52,450 nucleotides of DNA, taken from Promethearchaeota archaeon. Its GTDB lineage: Archaea; Asgardarchaeota; Lokiarchaeia; Sigyniarchaeales; SOKP01. The notes below the pieces were generated by a model. It did no database searches, was not told the origin of the DNA, and saw only the letters and a program-made list of their open reading frames with translations. The DNA is taken from positions 1 to 52,450 of the forward strand of contig JBHLNS010000018.1 in the NCBI GenBank assembly GCA_048941285.1. The letters run 5' to 3'. The position numbers were made by a program, and so were the translations under genes. This document shows, piece after piece, positions 38,331 through 47,459 of the stretch. Each line of letters opens with the position of its first letter. Positions within the stretch are counted from its first letter, which is position 1.

Positions 38331-39989
38331 TTGATAGGCTTACTACTCGTACGTTTTGATCCTATATTTGGGCCAAGCGTTTTCTTGAAGGCTCCAAAAT
38401 CTTTAGAGGAGGAACTCATAAGGGACATTCCATCATTAATAGAATTACCCACAAAAGGAGTATTTATTCATATATTTAAAGAGATTAAGACCGCTAATTT
38501 ATTTTTCAAACAGCCTAACAAATTTGCTCGAGGAGGATATGAAAGTTTCTTAATTACGATTATTACTGACATTGAAACACAAATTAGTCTAATAGTAGCA
38601 AAAGAACTTCTCGAGGGGTTTGCTAGTTATCTCATAAATCTTGAAGATGCTTATCTTGCCTTTGATTATGAACCTAAAGATCATAAATCGGATCCTAATA
38701 AGTTAAGGGAAATTGAAAATTTCTTCTTTTCATATTTTGAATCTATTAAACCAGTTATTAAGACCTTGGAAATGGCAGAACAACGATACCAAACTCTATT
38801 TCAGGCAGCCAGAGATGCAATTTTCATAGTAAACCGTGAAAAAGGAATTATCGTTGATGTTAATTTAGAAGGAGAAAGATTAGTAGAAAAAACTAAAGAA
38901 GAAATAATTGGTATCAAAACATTGGAACTTGACTTATTTGATGAAGGATTAGTAGACCCAAGTATGATTCACCATTTAATTAATCAGCCACCTCCAATAA
39001 TATCTAGAATAAAGAAATCAAGTAGTAAGCAGCTATATTTAGAAGTAAATATAAATGAGATTGAGTTAGGTGATGAATATTTTATTCAATATTTATTTCA
39101 TGATTTATCTGATATACATATAGTAGAAGAGAAACTGAAAGAACATGCTCGAAAAATAGACTCCTTAAATAAATTCATAAGCATCGCCAACCAAACCAAC
39201 GATCTTAATGACTTGTTAAAAAAAACTGTAGATCACTTTTTTGATTTTTTGGATTTAAACGGCTGCTGCATTTATATAGTTGATAAAGCACAAAATGTCG
39301 CTAGGATTAAGGCCCATAAAGGTCTTCCGCAATTCTTTTTTGAACAAAATGACAATATCAAATCAAATGAAAGTCCCTATGATATTGTTTTTGAACAAGG
39401 GGTCGCGCTTTTTAATGAAAATTTCCCAGAAATCATCAAAAAATTCTTTAAAGGTGAACAATCTATTTTTGGTATTGTAATCCCTTTATTTTCTAAATTT
39501 GAGATCATCGGTTCAATTAATATGATTTTAAATCGTAAAAGAACCATATCTGTAGAGGAGATGGAACTAATAATTATCATCGCTTTAGAAATCGGAACAG
39601 CTATAGAAAAAATGAAAAATCAAGAAAATTTGAAATTGAGTGAAGCAAAAAATGCAATTTTACTTAAACATATTCCCTTTTCTATTTTTAGAATTTCTAT
39701 AGATGGAATTTTACTAGATATAAAACTGGATAAAAAGGTTGAACAAATATTAAAAATAAACTTGTATCCTCAAACTCTTATTGGAAAGAGTATAAATGAA
39801 ATTTTACCCGATCAAATTGCCGAAGAAGCGTTGAAAAACATAGAAAAAGCCCTTGAAACTCAAAAGCCATTAGAAATGAGATTCATTATTCCCTATCAGA
39901 GTAATCAAATAATTTTTCGTTCGGATATTATTCCAATTGGGAAGAGTGAAGTTTTGGTTTTTCTACAAAATTTAACTCGAACTTGGTAA
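38331..39989 (+). CDS. Longin/uDENN-like domain fused to PAS-GAF-PAS sensor domains
   Basis: LLLVRFDPIFGP and FFKQPNKFARGG in the N-terminal domain; AEQRYQTLFQAARDAIFIV..IVDVN PAS; GAF (HKGLP, IPLFSKFEIIG); second PAS (HIPFSIFRISIDG); no kinase domain. Confidence 0.8.
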   Translation: MIGLLLVRFDPIFGPSVFLKAPKSLEEELIRDIPSLIELPTKGVFIHIFKEIKTANLFFKQPNKFARGGYESFLITIITDIETQISLIVAKELLEGFASYLINLEDAYLAFDYEPKDHKSDPNKLREIENFFFSYFESIKPVIKTLEMAEQRYQTLFQAARDAIFIVNREKGIIVDVNLEGERLVEKTKEEIIGIKTLELDLFDEGLVDPSMIHHLINQPPPIISRIKKSSSKQLYLEVNINEIELGDEYFIQYLFHDLSDIHIVEEKLKEHARKIDSLNKFISIANQTNDLNDLLKKTVDHFFDFLDLNGCCIYIVDKAQNVARIKAHKGLPQFFFEQNDNIKSNESPYDIVFEQGVALFNENFPEIIKKFFKGEQSIFGIVIPLFSKFEIIGSINMILNRKRTISVEEMELIIIIALEIGTAIEKMKNQENLKLSEAKNAILLKHIPFSIFRISIDGILLDIKLDKKVEQILKINLYPQTLIGKSINEILPDQIAEEALKNIEKALETQKPLEMRFIIPYQSNQIIFRSDIIPIGKSEVLVFLQNLTRTW

Positions 39990-41027
39990 TTTACTCAAAA
40001 TCGATCGTAATTTTTGAGCTTTCTCCTGTAATTCGATTGAAAGCGAATCATCTCCTAATTCAAGACATATACTACTAATTTTTTCAAATAAAATCACAGA
40101 TTCATTAAATTCACCTTGCTCCAAAGCTTTTTGAACTTTATCCATTAAAATATTCCTTTCAAAAATTGGTTTTAATAGCGGTGATACTTCCGTATCCATA
40201 TCTAAAAGATCAGCTATAATTCGGATCATTTTTGGTCTATTATTTGGGTCAATAGCTATAAAAGAATAGGATTTTTGGCCCATTAATCTCTCAATGTCTT
40301 CTGTCTTCATAGCATGGGGTAAATCTTGCTTGTTGGCTATAATTGCTAACCGGGCATAAGGAACTACTTTATTTACTAATTCAAAGAAATATCTACTCTT
40401 TTCGAGATTTTCCAATGTCGAATCTGTCATTAGAAGAACAGCGTCACTACCTTTTATAAATTTTTCCCAAAGAAAGTCAAACTGATCTTGACCTGCAAAA
40501 TCCCATAAATAAAAATGTAATTTCCCAATTTTTATTGTTGCAACTTCACCTGTAATCGTAGGTATATGTTGCATGGGAATTTCTTCTGATTTTATAAGCT
40601 TGGTGGTTGTTGTCTTTCCAACTCCAGAAAAACCTATAATTGATATTTTTGCTTTTAGATTTCTATGAATTGTATCAACAATCGGATTAAATACCTCGGG
40701 TATAATATTAATTTGTTCTTCTTTGAAAGCTTCTCCATAAACTTCAAGAAATTCTTTTTTAAAGTTATATAGTTGTGGTTTAACATTTTTAAAGTCGTCT
40801 CCTATTCCGGTAACAAAAAGAAATATCAAGTTTAAATCTTTATCAACAATATATGAAAGTTTATACTTAAAAAATTCATAAGACGCTGTTTCTTCAGCGA
40901 ATTTGGAAAGTGCTGATTTTTTTATGTTTAAATAAACACTCGGAAAGATGGTATCATCTAAACCTGCAGCATAATTTCGTTGGTAAATAATTTTATCATT
41001 TAAAATTATATAGACTTGTCGTAGCAT
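39972..41027 (-). CDS. Longin domain fused to an Arf-family-like small GTPase with a helical C-terminus
   Basis: MLRQVYII..IIYQRNY longin start; G1 GFSGVGKT, G2 PTIT, G3 WDFAGQ, G4 NKQD. Confidence 0.88.
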   Translation of the reverse strand: MLRQVYIILNDKIIYQRNYAAGLDDTIFPSVYLNIKKSALSKFAEETASYEFFKYKLSYIVDKDLNLIFLFVTGIGDDFKNVKPQLYNFKKEFLEVYGEAFKEEQINIIPEVFNPIVDTIHRNLKAKISIIGFSGVGKTTTTKLIKSEEIPMQHIPTITGEVATIKIGKLHFYLWDFAGQDQFDFLWEKFIKGSDAVLLMTDSTLENLEKSRYFFELVNKVVPYARLAIIANKQDLPHAMKTEDIERLMGQKSYSFIAIDPNNRPKMIRIIADLLDMDTEVSPLLKPIFERNILMDKVQKALEQGEFNESVILFEKISSICLELGDDSLSIELQEKAQKLRSILSKLPSSS

Positions 41028-41053
41028 ATGGAAAACTTCTTGAGTTTAAAATC

Positions 41054-41968
41054 TTATTGGTAATTTTGATTCAATTCTTTCTTTAAATCATCTAATAACT
41101 TAATCAAACTGTCTTGTTCAATAGTTTCAGATAATAAAATTATATATTTAAAATTAGGATGATATTTATTTATATCTTCTATCACCATATTTAAAATTTT
41201 AGCTCCGGGACTTATAATACTAGTTTTTGTTATGCTAAATTCAGGAGATTTACTTAAATGATAGAGTTTTTCATACAAATAATAAAGGGTACTTGTATCA
41301 AAGTCGTTTGACATCTCTTGAATAATAAGGTTGTCATCTTGATTAGATACAAAACAGCTTGTTTTAGATAAACCTTCTATAGATTTTTTAATAAAATGTT
41401 TTAAATTAGAAGTATCCGTTGAGAAGCTGCTTATTGTGTCGGATATTGCATTGTAGGTAGTATAGATCAAATTTGGATGCAAACTAGTGAAATAAATTGG
41501 TAATTCTTCAGGTAGATTTAATTGTTTAGTAATTTGTCTCCTAATTAAAGCAAGCATACTCCCAATTTTTTTAGTTATGAGAAGATCGATTTTATGAAGG
41601 AATAAAATAATTTTAGATTCAAATCCATGCTTTTTTCTAATTTCGTAGATTTTCTTAACATCATCGAGAATATCTTGCGAGTTTTTGATCCATGTGGGAT
41701 AATCGAACACATATATAATAGCACTGGTATCTCCAAACGTCAATATTTGTTTTTGCTCATCTTCCAATAATAGAGGAAGCGATTGACCCGGTGAATCTAA
41801 TAAACTAATTTTTAAATCCATAAAATTATGTATAGAATAGTCGATTCCTATAGTAGCTTCAAGAGGAAATATTATTAAACCATTCGGGTCTTCTCCTTCA
41901 AAAATTACTTTTTTAATCGTGGATTTTCCCACTTCCGGAGGGCCAATCATGGATAATTTAATTGTCAT
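41054..41968 (-). CDS. Rag/Gtr1-like small GTPase with a C-terminal roadblock-like domain
   Basis: G1 GPPEVGKST followed by KKVIF, LEAT, DSPGQ, IYVFD, Rag-type HKID (G4) and FTSL (G5). Confidence 0.85.
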   Translation of the reverse strand: MTIKLSMIGPPEVGKSTIKKVIFEGEDPNGLIIFPLEATIGIDYSIHNFMDLKISLLDSPGQSLPLLLEDEQKQILTFGDTSAIIYVFDYPTWIKNSQDILDDVKKIYEIRKKHGFESKIILFLHKIDLLITKKIGSMLALIRRQITKQLNLPEELPIYFTSLHPNLIYTTYNAISDTISSFSTDTSNLKHFIKKSIEGLSKTSCFVSNQDDNLIIQEMSNDFDTSTLYYLYEKLYHLSKSPEFSITKTSIISPGAKILNMVIEDINKYHPNFKYIILLSETIEQDSLIKLLDDLKKELNQNYQ

Positions 41969-42098
41969 TCTACATCCTATATCATATTTCTTAAATAACT
42001 AAAGAATTCTTTTTATAATCAAATAGAAGAAAATATATTTAAACTTGAGTAATAATAAAGAAAAAGACTACTTTTAGTATAGTAATATTGATACTGCA

Positions 42099-43379
42099 TT
42101 ATTTTATCTCAGGGAAAACAATTGTTACATTGGTCCCCTGTGGATGATCTCCCTTTATTTTATCGAAAATGTAAAATTTTGCATCATATTTTTTAATTAA
42201 GTTTCTTACAAGCATTAATCCAAGCCCCATTCCCTCTGAACCTTCTCGTTTCTGATAATTACCTTCAATAATTTGATTTTTCATGACATCAGGAATACCT
42301 ATTCCATTGTCAATTATTTCTATTTTAACATTCATCTCTTCTCCATATGACTTCCGAGAGACTTTAATTTCAATATCTACTCTCTCATTCTCATTATGCT
42401 TTACGGAATTTATCATTATGTTTTCAAATAATTCCAACAAGAAATTATCTGCCAAGATAAAAATCTCTTTTTTTTTCTCTGAAACAATAATATTAATTAT
42501 TCTACTTGGAAAACTTTTTTTAATAAACTTGATTGCTTTACCAAGAACCTTATAAAGCTCTACCCTTTCTAATTCTGGGGATTTTTCATCAATTAAAGAT
42601 AATTTTCTCACATTGTCAATTAATTTTGACCCCCTGTTAACTTGATCATTGATGATATCAATCAATTTATCAATTTTTTCTAATTCTCCTCCTTTTTTTA
42701 ACAACATGGGGAAAATACCTATGGAAGATTGAATGTTTTGCAGTATGTTACTTATATCATGAACAAAAAGATCTTTGTAAAATTCAGTCTGTTTGAAGGC
42801 TTCTCTATATTTAGCTTCAGACTCGACCACTCTTTTTTCTATCCTTTTATGCATTATCAATTTCCACATGTTGCCTACAAATAAAGATAATTTGTAAGTA
42901 TCTTCATCATTATAGAGATCGTCTTTATTTCCAACTCCAATTATAGCAACAATATTATTTCCGTCAAAAATTGGTACACTCATATGACGATTGACAGGAA
43001 AATGACCCTCGGGATAACCCTTTCTGTTAGGTAAATTCGGGTAATCATTATGGATTACAGGGGCTCTAATACGAAAACAATCAGCCCAAACACCAGCTTG
43101 GTCTATAGAGTAATGAGATGTTTTTTCAGCAGTGCAAAATTTTAATACATCATTGGACCATGTATATAATTCTAATGAGTTTTGATCTGAATTGATGAAA
43201 TGGAGATACCCTGCTTTACTTTTTGTTAATCTCACACATTCTTCAAGAGTGTAGTCAACAAGTTCTTTAATAGTGTAGTCCTTTAGTTGGATTAACTCTA
43301 GAAGAGATTGGAGGGTTTCTTCTTTTAGCTTTAATTCATCAAGAAGCCTTGAATAATCTTTGTTAGTATTTAGTGCCAT
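42099..43379 (-). CDS. GAF-domain sensor histidine kinase
   Basis: GAF (AGVWADC, PVIHNDY, GYPEGH, RHMSVP, VGNK); H-box FVHDISN; N-box ENIMINSVKH; DNGIGI; GMGLGL. Confidence 0.93.
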   Translation of the reverse strand: MALNTNKDYSRLLDELKLKEETLQSLLELIQLKDYTIKELVDYTLEECVRLTKSKAGYLHFINSDQNSLELYTWSNDVLKFCTAEKTSHYSIDQAGVWADCFRIRAPVIHNDYPNLPNRKGYPEGHFPVNRHMSVPIFDGNNIVAIIGVGNKDDLYNDEDTYKLSLFVGNMWKLIMHKRIEKRVVESEAKYREAFKQTEFYKDLFVHDISNILQNIQSSIGIFPMLLKKGGELEKIDKLIDIINDQVNRGSKLIDNVRKLSLIDEKSPELERVELYKVLGKAIKFIKKSFPSRIINIIVSEKKKEIFILADNFLLELFENIMINSVKHNENERVDIEIKVSRKSYGEEMNVKIEIIDNGIGIPDVMKNQIIEGNYQKREGSEGMGLGLMLVRNLIKKYDAKFYIFDKIKGDHPQGTNVTIVFPEIK

Positions 43380-43535
43380 TATAGAATCTCTTTTAATTAC
43401 CTGTATTAATTATAATTAAATTGAAATATAAAACTCCAAATATCTTATTTATTTCGATTTTTTAACCTTTTGGTATTAAAAAAAATTATTTAAAGAGAGA
43501 TTTAAAGAAAGAAATCTTCTACATTGGAAATAAAT

Positions 43536-44771
43536 TTATATTTTAGAAGCAATAAAGTCTATAATATCAATTAATTTAATTTTATCTTGGATATCTGGAT
43601 CCATTTCATTGTAAGCATCTTTTAAATTTCCTATACAAAACGGACAAGATGTTATTAAAGTGTCAGCTCCACAATCCACTGCTTCTTTAATTCTCTCTTT
43701 TGAAATCTCCTTTGCTAAATCTGGGAATTGACTTTTAACTCCGCCTCCAGCTCCACAGCACCATGCATTTTTACGATTTCGCTTCATCTCAACAAGTTCG
43801 ATACCAGGGACTTTCGAAATCACTTCACGGGGTATTTCGTAGAAATTCATGTGGCGTCCAAGATGACAGGGATCATGATAAGTTACTTTTAATTTTTCTC
43901 CTTCTTGAACTTTGAAAGGAATCTGATTATTATTTAGAAAATCTATCAATAGTTCAGTGATATGTTTTATTTCAAAAGGTAGTTTTTCACCTAAAATCTC
44001 GGGATAGTCTCTTTTCCAGGTTCTGTAGCAACCCGCACATGCTGTAAATAGAATTTTAGCTCCCATATTTTTAAAAATTTCTACATTATGTTGAACAATT
44101 TCCGTTACAGATTTTATATCTCCAATTCGTAACCCTATTGAGCCACAGCACCATTCTTCTTTAGAAATTGCTATTTCTTTCCCCACTACTTTCAAAATCT
44201 TTATCATATTCCTTAAGGTCTCAACCTGTCTCAATGGTATTGTGCAACCACCAAAGAACATTAGATCACCTTGCTCTTTTATTTCAGGAAATTCTTGTAG
44301 CCATACAAACCTTTTTTCGATATCCTCCCCATAAGGATTTTTCAGTTTATGATCATTCATATAATTTAATAGATCTTGATGTCTATTGAGGGGTGCTAGA
44401 CCAGCTTCAATTAAATCTTTTCTTAATGCTTCCCAAACTTTAACATGATCAATCCAATTACAAGTTGGAAGAATTATATTTTCATTTTGAGTCATATGGC
44501 AAACTTCACTGCAATTGCCACATTCCGAACACTCATAAATCCATTTTGCAAGCTCTATACTTAAGTCAATCTTTCCTTCTAATAGACTTTTAAGAACATT
44601 CATCCTTCCTCTTGAAAAATTGATTTCAAATCCTTCTTCTCCTTTAGCTTCTTTGACGGGGCAGGTTAGATATCTATTAACTGCAGGCCTTATAGCATAT
44701 CCACAATCTCCACAACCCATACATGAAAAAACTGCTTCCCATTCTTTTTTCAGATTTTTTAGCTCATTCAT
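43536..44771 (-). CDS. Fe-S oxidoreductase with CCG domains (GlcF/HdrD-like)
   Basis: CMGCGDC, CSECGNC..C, WCCG, YHDPCHLGR, CCGAGGG, SCPFC. Confidence 0.92.
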   Translation of the reverse strand: MNELKNLKKEWEAVFSCMGCGDCGYAIRPAVNRYLTCPVKEAKGEEGFEINFSRGRMNVLKSLLEGKIDLSIELAKWIYECSECGNCSEVCHMTQNENIILPTCNWIDHVKVWEALRKDLIEAGLAPLNRHQDLLNYMNDHKLKNPYGEDIEKRFVWLQEFPEIKEQGDLMFFGGCTIPLRQVETLRNMIKILKVVGKEIAISKEEWCCGSIGLRIGDIKSVTEIVQHNVEIFKNMGAKILFTACAGCYRTWKRDYPEILGEKLPFEIKHITELLIDFLNNNQIPFKVQEGEKLKVTYHDPCHLGRHMNFYEIPREVISKVPGIELVEMKRNRKNAWCCGAGGGVKSQFPDLAKEISKERIKEAVDCGADTLITSCPFCIGNLKDAYNEMDPDIQDKIKLIDIIDFIASKI

Positions 44772-44776
44772 TTTAT

Positions 44777-46288
44777 CTACCCCCTAAAGTTGAACTTACC
44801 TCTACTTAATATCATATTTGGGTCGAGGATTTCCTTGATTGCTTTCATAAATTCATAGAAATTTTTAGAATAGGCACCTATATCAACCATTAAACGAGAC
44901 ATAAAATCACCCATCATATACCACTGAACCCCGTGTTTGGTCACTCTTTCTAATAAGGATTTCCATAATTGTAGGTTTAATTCATCAATGAATTTATGTA
45001 TTTTACCATCGAAATAGCTCCAAAAACTGGTAAAACCGCAAGTTATTTCAACATTATTACCATCAATCAATAGTATAGGCCCACTTCCAGCAATAGGTCG
45101 ATTACCAGTAACATCAAATATTTTTCGCATATCTTCATCATGTTCTATGTCCCATTGATCAATATCATTCATAATTTTAGGGTATTTATTAATTGGACAA
45201 AAACACTCTGCTGTCAACGGTTGCATGGTAGGAAATATACCCCACAAATTGTGATAAAACTGCCAATGCCCTTGTTCTTCGTAATGCCATTTTGCTATAT
45301 TTCCCTCTGAAATTTCTGAACCCAGAAATTCCGCTTTATTATTTTCCATAATTTTATCTAAACTTTTAGCTTTTTCTCCCAATTCTGTTTCCGTGTGTGC
45401 CTCAACCGTATAAAAAATCACTCCTCTTTTCTTCTTTAAATGATTCCACATTGGCATGAATCCTTCTTGAGTAAGAACCCTAACAAGTAGGTCCATCATA
45501 TACATGGTGTCATATACATCAATTCCTTTATGCCTTATTTCTGAAATTATTTTAGCAGACACTTCTCTTTCTCTTCTCGGCAATTGAAAAGTTTTATACT
45601 CAGCAAATTCTGGTTTTGGGAAAATTTGCAGTGAAACTTTAGTTTTTACTCCAAAAATCCCGTTATCTCCACAAAAAAGACCAGCTAAATCAGGTCCATT
45701 TCCAAATCTATTAAAAGGGGCTTCCGAGTATTTACTAGATTGAGAGCCTGTCTCAATAATTTCACCAGTAGGTAGAACTACCTCTAATGAAACGAGTTGA
45801 TTTGTACACACCCCATATTTAGCACATCCACCTCCTCCTACTGAATGATGTGATATCCCACCCCCTATAGATGCACTCAGACCTGAGCCTGGCCCCATAC
45901 AGCCTGTGTAAAGACCGTAGTGACAGAGATACTCGTTTAATTTTGCCCATGATATTCCTGCTTCCACAGTAACAACGAGATTTTCTTCATCTAGGTTTAA
46001 AATATTATCCATTCTTTTCATATCTAATACAATCCCATTATCTCCTATAGGTTTACTGCCTCCAAACTCACATATACCTGCTCCACGGGGTATAACAGCT
46101 ATATTTTCTTCATTAGCAACTTTAAGAATTTCAGAGATTTCTTGAGCATCTTTGGGTCTGATAACGATATCAGGAATACCTTGTAAAACTAAATCCACAT
46201 TTCGAGAATAAGCATGACGTACGTATATACTATTTGAAATATATTTTTCAGAAACAATATGTTTCAGTTTTTCATAAACTTCAGACAT
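44777..46288 (-). CDS. FAD-binding oxidoreductase (GlcD/D-lactate dehydrogenase-like)
   Basis: PDIVIRP, PRGAG, VEAGI, SIGG, LEVVLPTG, GPDL..LFCG..GIFGV, DPNMILS. Confidence 0.9.
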   Translation of the reverse strand: MSEVYEKLKHIVSEKYISNSIYVRHAYSRNVDLVLQGIPDIVIRPKDAQEISEILKVANEENIAVIPRGAGICEFGGSKPIGDNGIVLDMKRMDNILNLDEENLVVTVEAGISWAKLNEYLCHYGLYTGCMGPGSGLSASIGGGISHHSVGGGGCAKYGVCTNQLVSLEVVLPTGEIIETGSQSSKYSEAPFNRFGNGPDLAGLFCGDNGIFGVKTKVSLQIFPKPEFAEYKTFQLPRREREVSAKIISEIRHKGIDVYDTMYMMDLLVRVLTQEGFMPMWNHLKKKRGVIFYTVEAHTETELGEKAKSLDKIMENNKAEFLGSEISEGNIAKWHYEEQGHWQFYHNLWGIFPTMQPLTAECFCPINKYPKIMNDIDQWDIEHDEDMRKIFDVTGNRPIAGSGPILLIDGNNVEITCGFTSFWSYFDGKIHKFIDELNLQLWKSLLERVTKHGVQWYMMGDFMSRLMVDIGAYSKNFYEFMKAIKEILDPNMILSRGKFNFRG

Positions 46289-46422
46289 TTTATAATATCC
46301 CCTTATTTTTTTGTTAAAACAATTTATAATAGAAACATTAATTTACTTAAATATATACCAATTTAAATTGTATTTAATAATTTTTTGAAGAAAAGCAAAT
46401 CGAGAGATCTTATAAATAAAAG

Positions 46423-46716
46423 GTGTACGACATTTATTATCGAGGATATATCCTAATACGGTTAAAAGCAATTGGGACTGAATGGAAAGTTGTTGAAAAA
46501 TTAACCGATTTAAAATCCACAGAACCAGATGAGGATTGGAAAATAACCTATGCCACTCCTATATATGGAGGTTGGGATGTCATGGTTGAATGCTCTTTTT
46601 CTAAATTGAGAGACATTGATAAAATTGTTACATATTGCAGAGTGGACAAAGAATTATCTCAATGGATTGAAGAAACTACTACTCTTATGGGTTCTAAAAA
46701 TGATTACACTGGATGA
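46423..46716 (+). CDS. Stand-alone Lrp/AsnC ligand-binding-like domain protein
   Basis: GYILI..GTEWKVVE, IYGGWDV, IEETTTL pattern; no HTH. Confidence 0.7.
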   Translation: MYDIYYRGYILIRLKAIGTEWKVVEKLTDLKSTEPDEDWKITYATPIYGGWDVMVECSFSKLRDIDKIVTYCRVDKELSQWIEETTTLMGSKNDYTG

Positions 46717-46852
46717 ATTTCTTCCTTGAGGTTAGTTAAAATAGAAGGTAAATTTTTTTATCAATGAGTATCTTTTTTATTTAATTTAATGTTTAAATTA
46801 ATTCAAACTCTAACTTATTAATATTTATTTTGGAAATTAGGTCGTTAAGTCT

Positions 46853-47440
46853 GTGGAAAATTCAAATAAGTATATAATTATTGGTATCTTATCCATATTT
46901 TTAATTATGCCTATGATTTTAGGGGTTTATGTCCAATATATTTTTGTTAGAACTTTAGATATTTTTATATTTCTTTTTTTTTTATTTGGTCTTGTTACAC
47001 TTTTCATAATAGGAAAATTAATCCACAATTATATTTTCAATAAAGACAGCATTGAATTAATGCGAAAACACGATGTTACAAATGCATTAATCAATAGAAA
47101 TAATAGAATCGTTATTTGGTTGTTTTTTCCTTTAACAATGGTAATGGAAGAATTAATTTTTAGGTATTATTTAATTGGCTTCTTAATTGATTCATTAAAG
47201 TTGGATGTTCTTTCTGTTATTTTTATCTCAAGTTTAATTTTTTCATTATATCATATACACACATGGTTTTCATATAAAAATTTAACAATTCTAATAACAA
47301 ACTTAGTGTATACATTCTTAATGGGATTATACATCGGTTTTTTATTCTTGAATATAGGTATTGTACCTTGTATCCTAATCCATTACACTTTAGCGTTCTC
47401 TCTATACTATAATATATATAAAAGATACTTTAAAACTTAA
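46853..47440 (+). CDS. CPBP (CAAX/Abi) intramembrane metalloprotease
   Basis: EELIFR, FSLYH, LIH motifs with TM helices. Confidence 0.85.
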   Translation: MENSNKYIIIGILSIFLIMPMILGVYVQYIFVRTLDIFIFLFFLFGLVTLFIIGKLIHNYIFNKDSIELMRKHDVTNALINRNNRIVIWLFFPLTMVMEELIFRYYLIGFLIDSLKLDVLSVIFISSLIFSLYHIHTWFSYKNLTILITNLVYTFLMGLYIGFLFLNIGIVPCILIHYTLAFSLYYNIYKRYFKT

Positions 47441-47459
47441 GAAAAAAAGAATTTATTAT

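Noticed and set aside
43536-46288. Selenoprotein or SECIS element in the Fe-S/FAD oxidoreductase pair
   Set aside because: Both ORFs are full length with Cys ligands and no in-frame TGA; no convincing SECIS hairpin seen by eye
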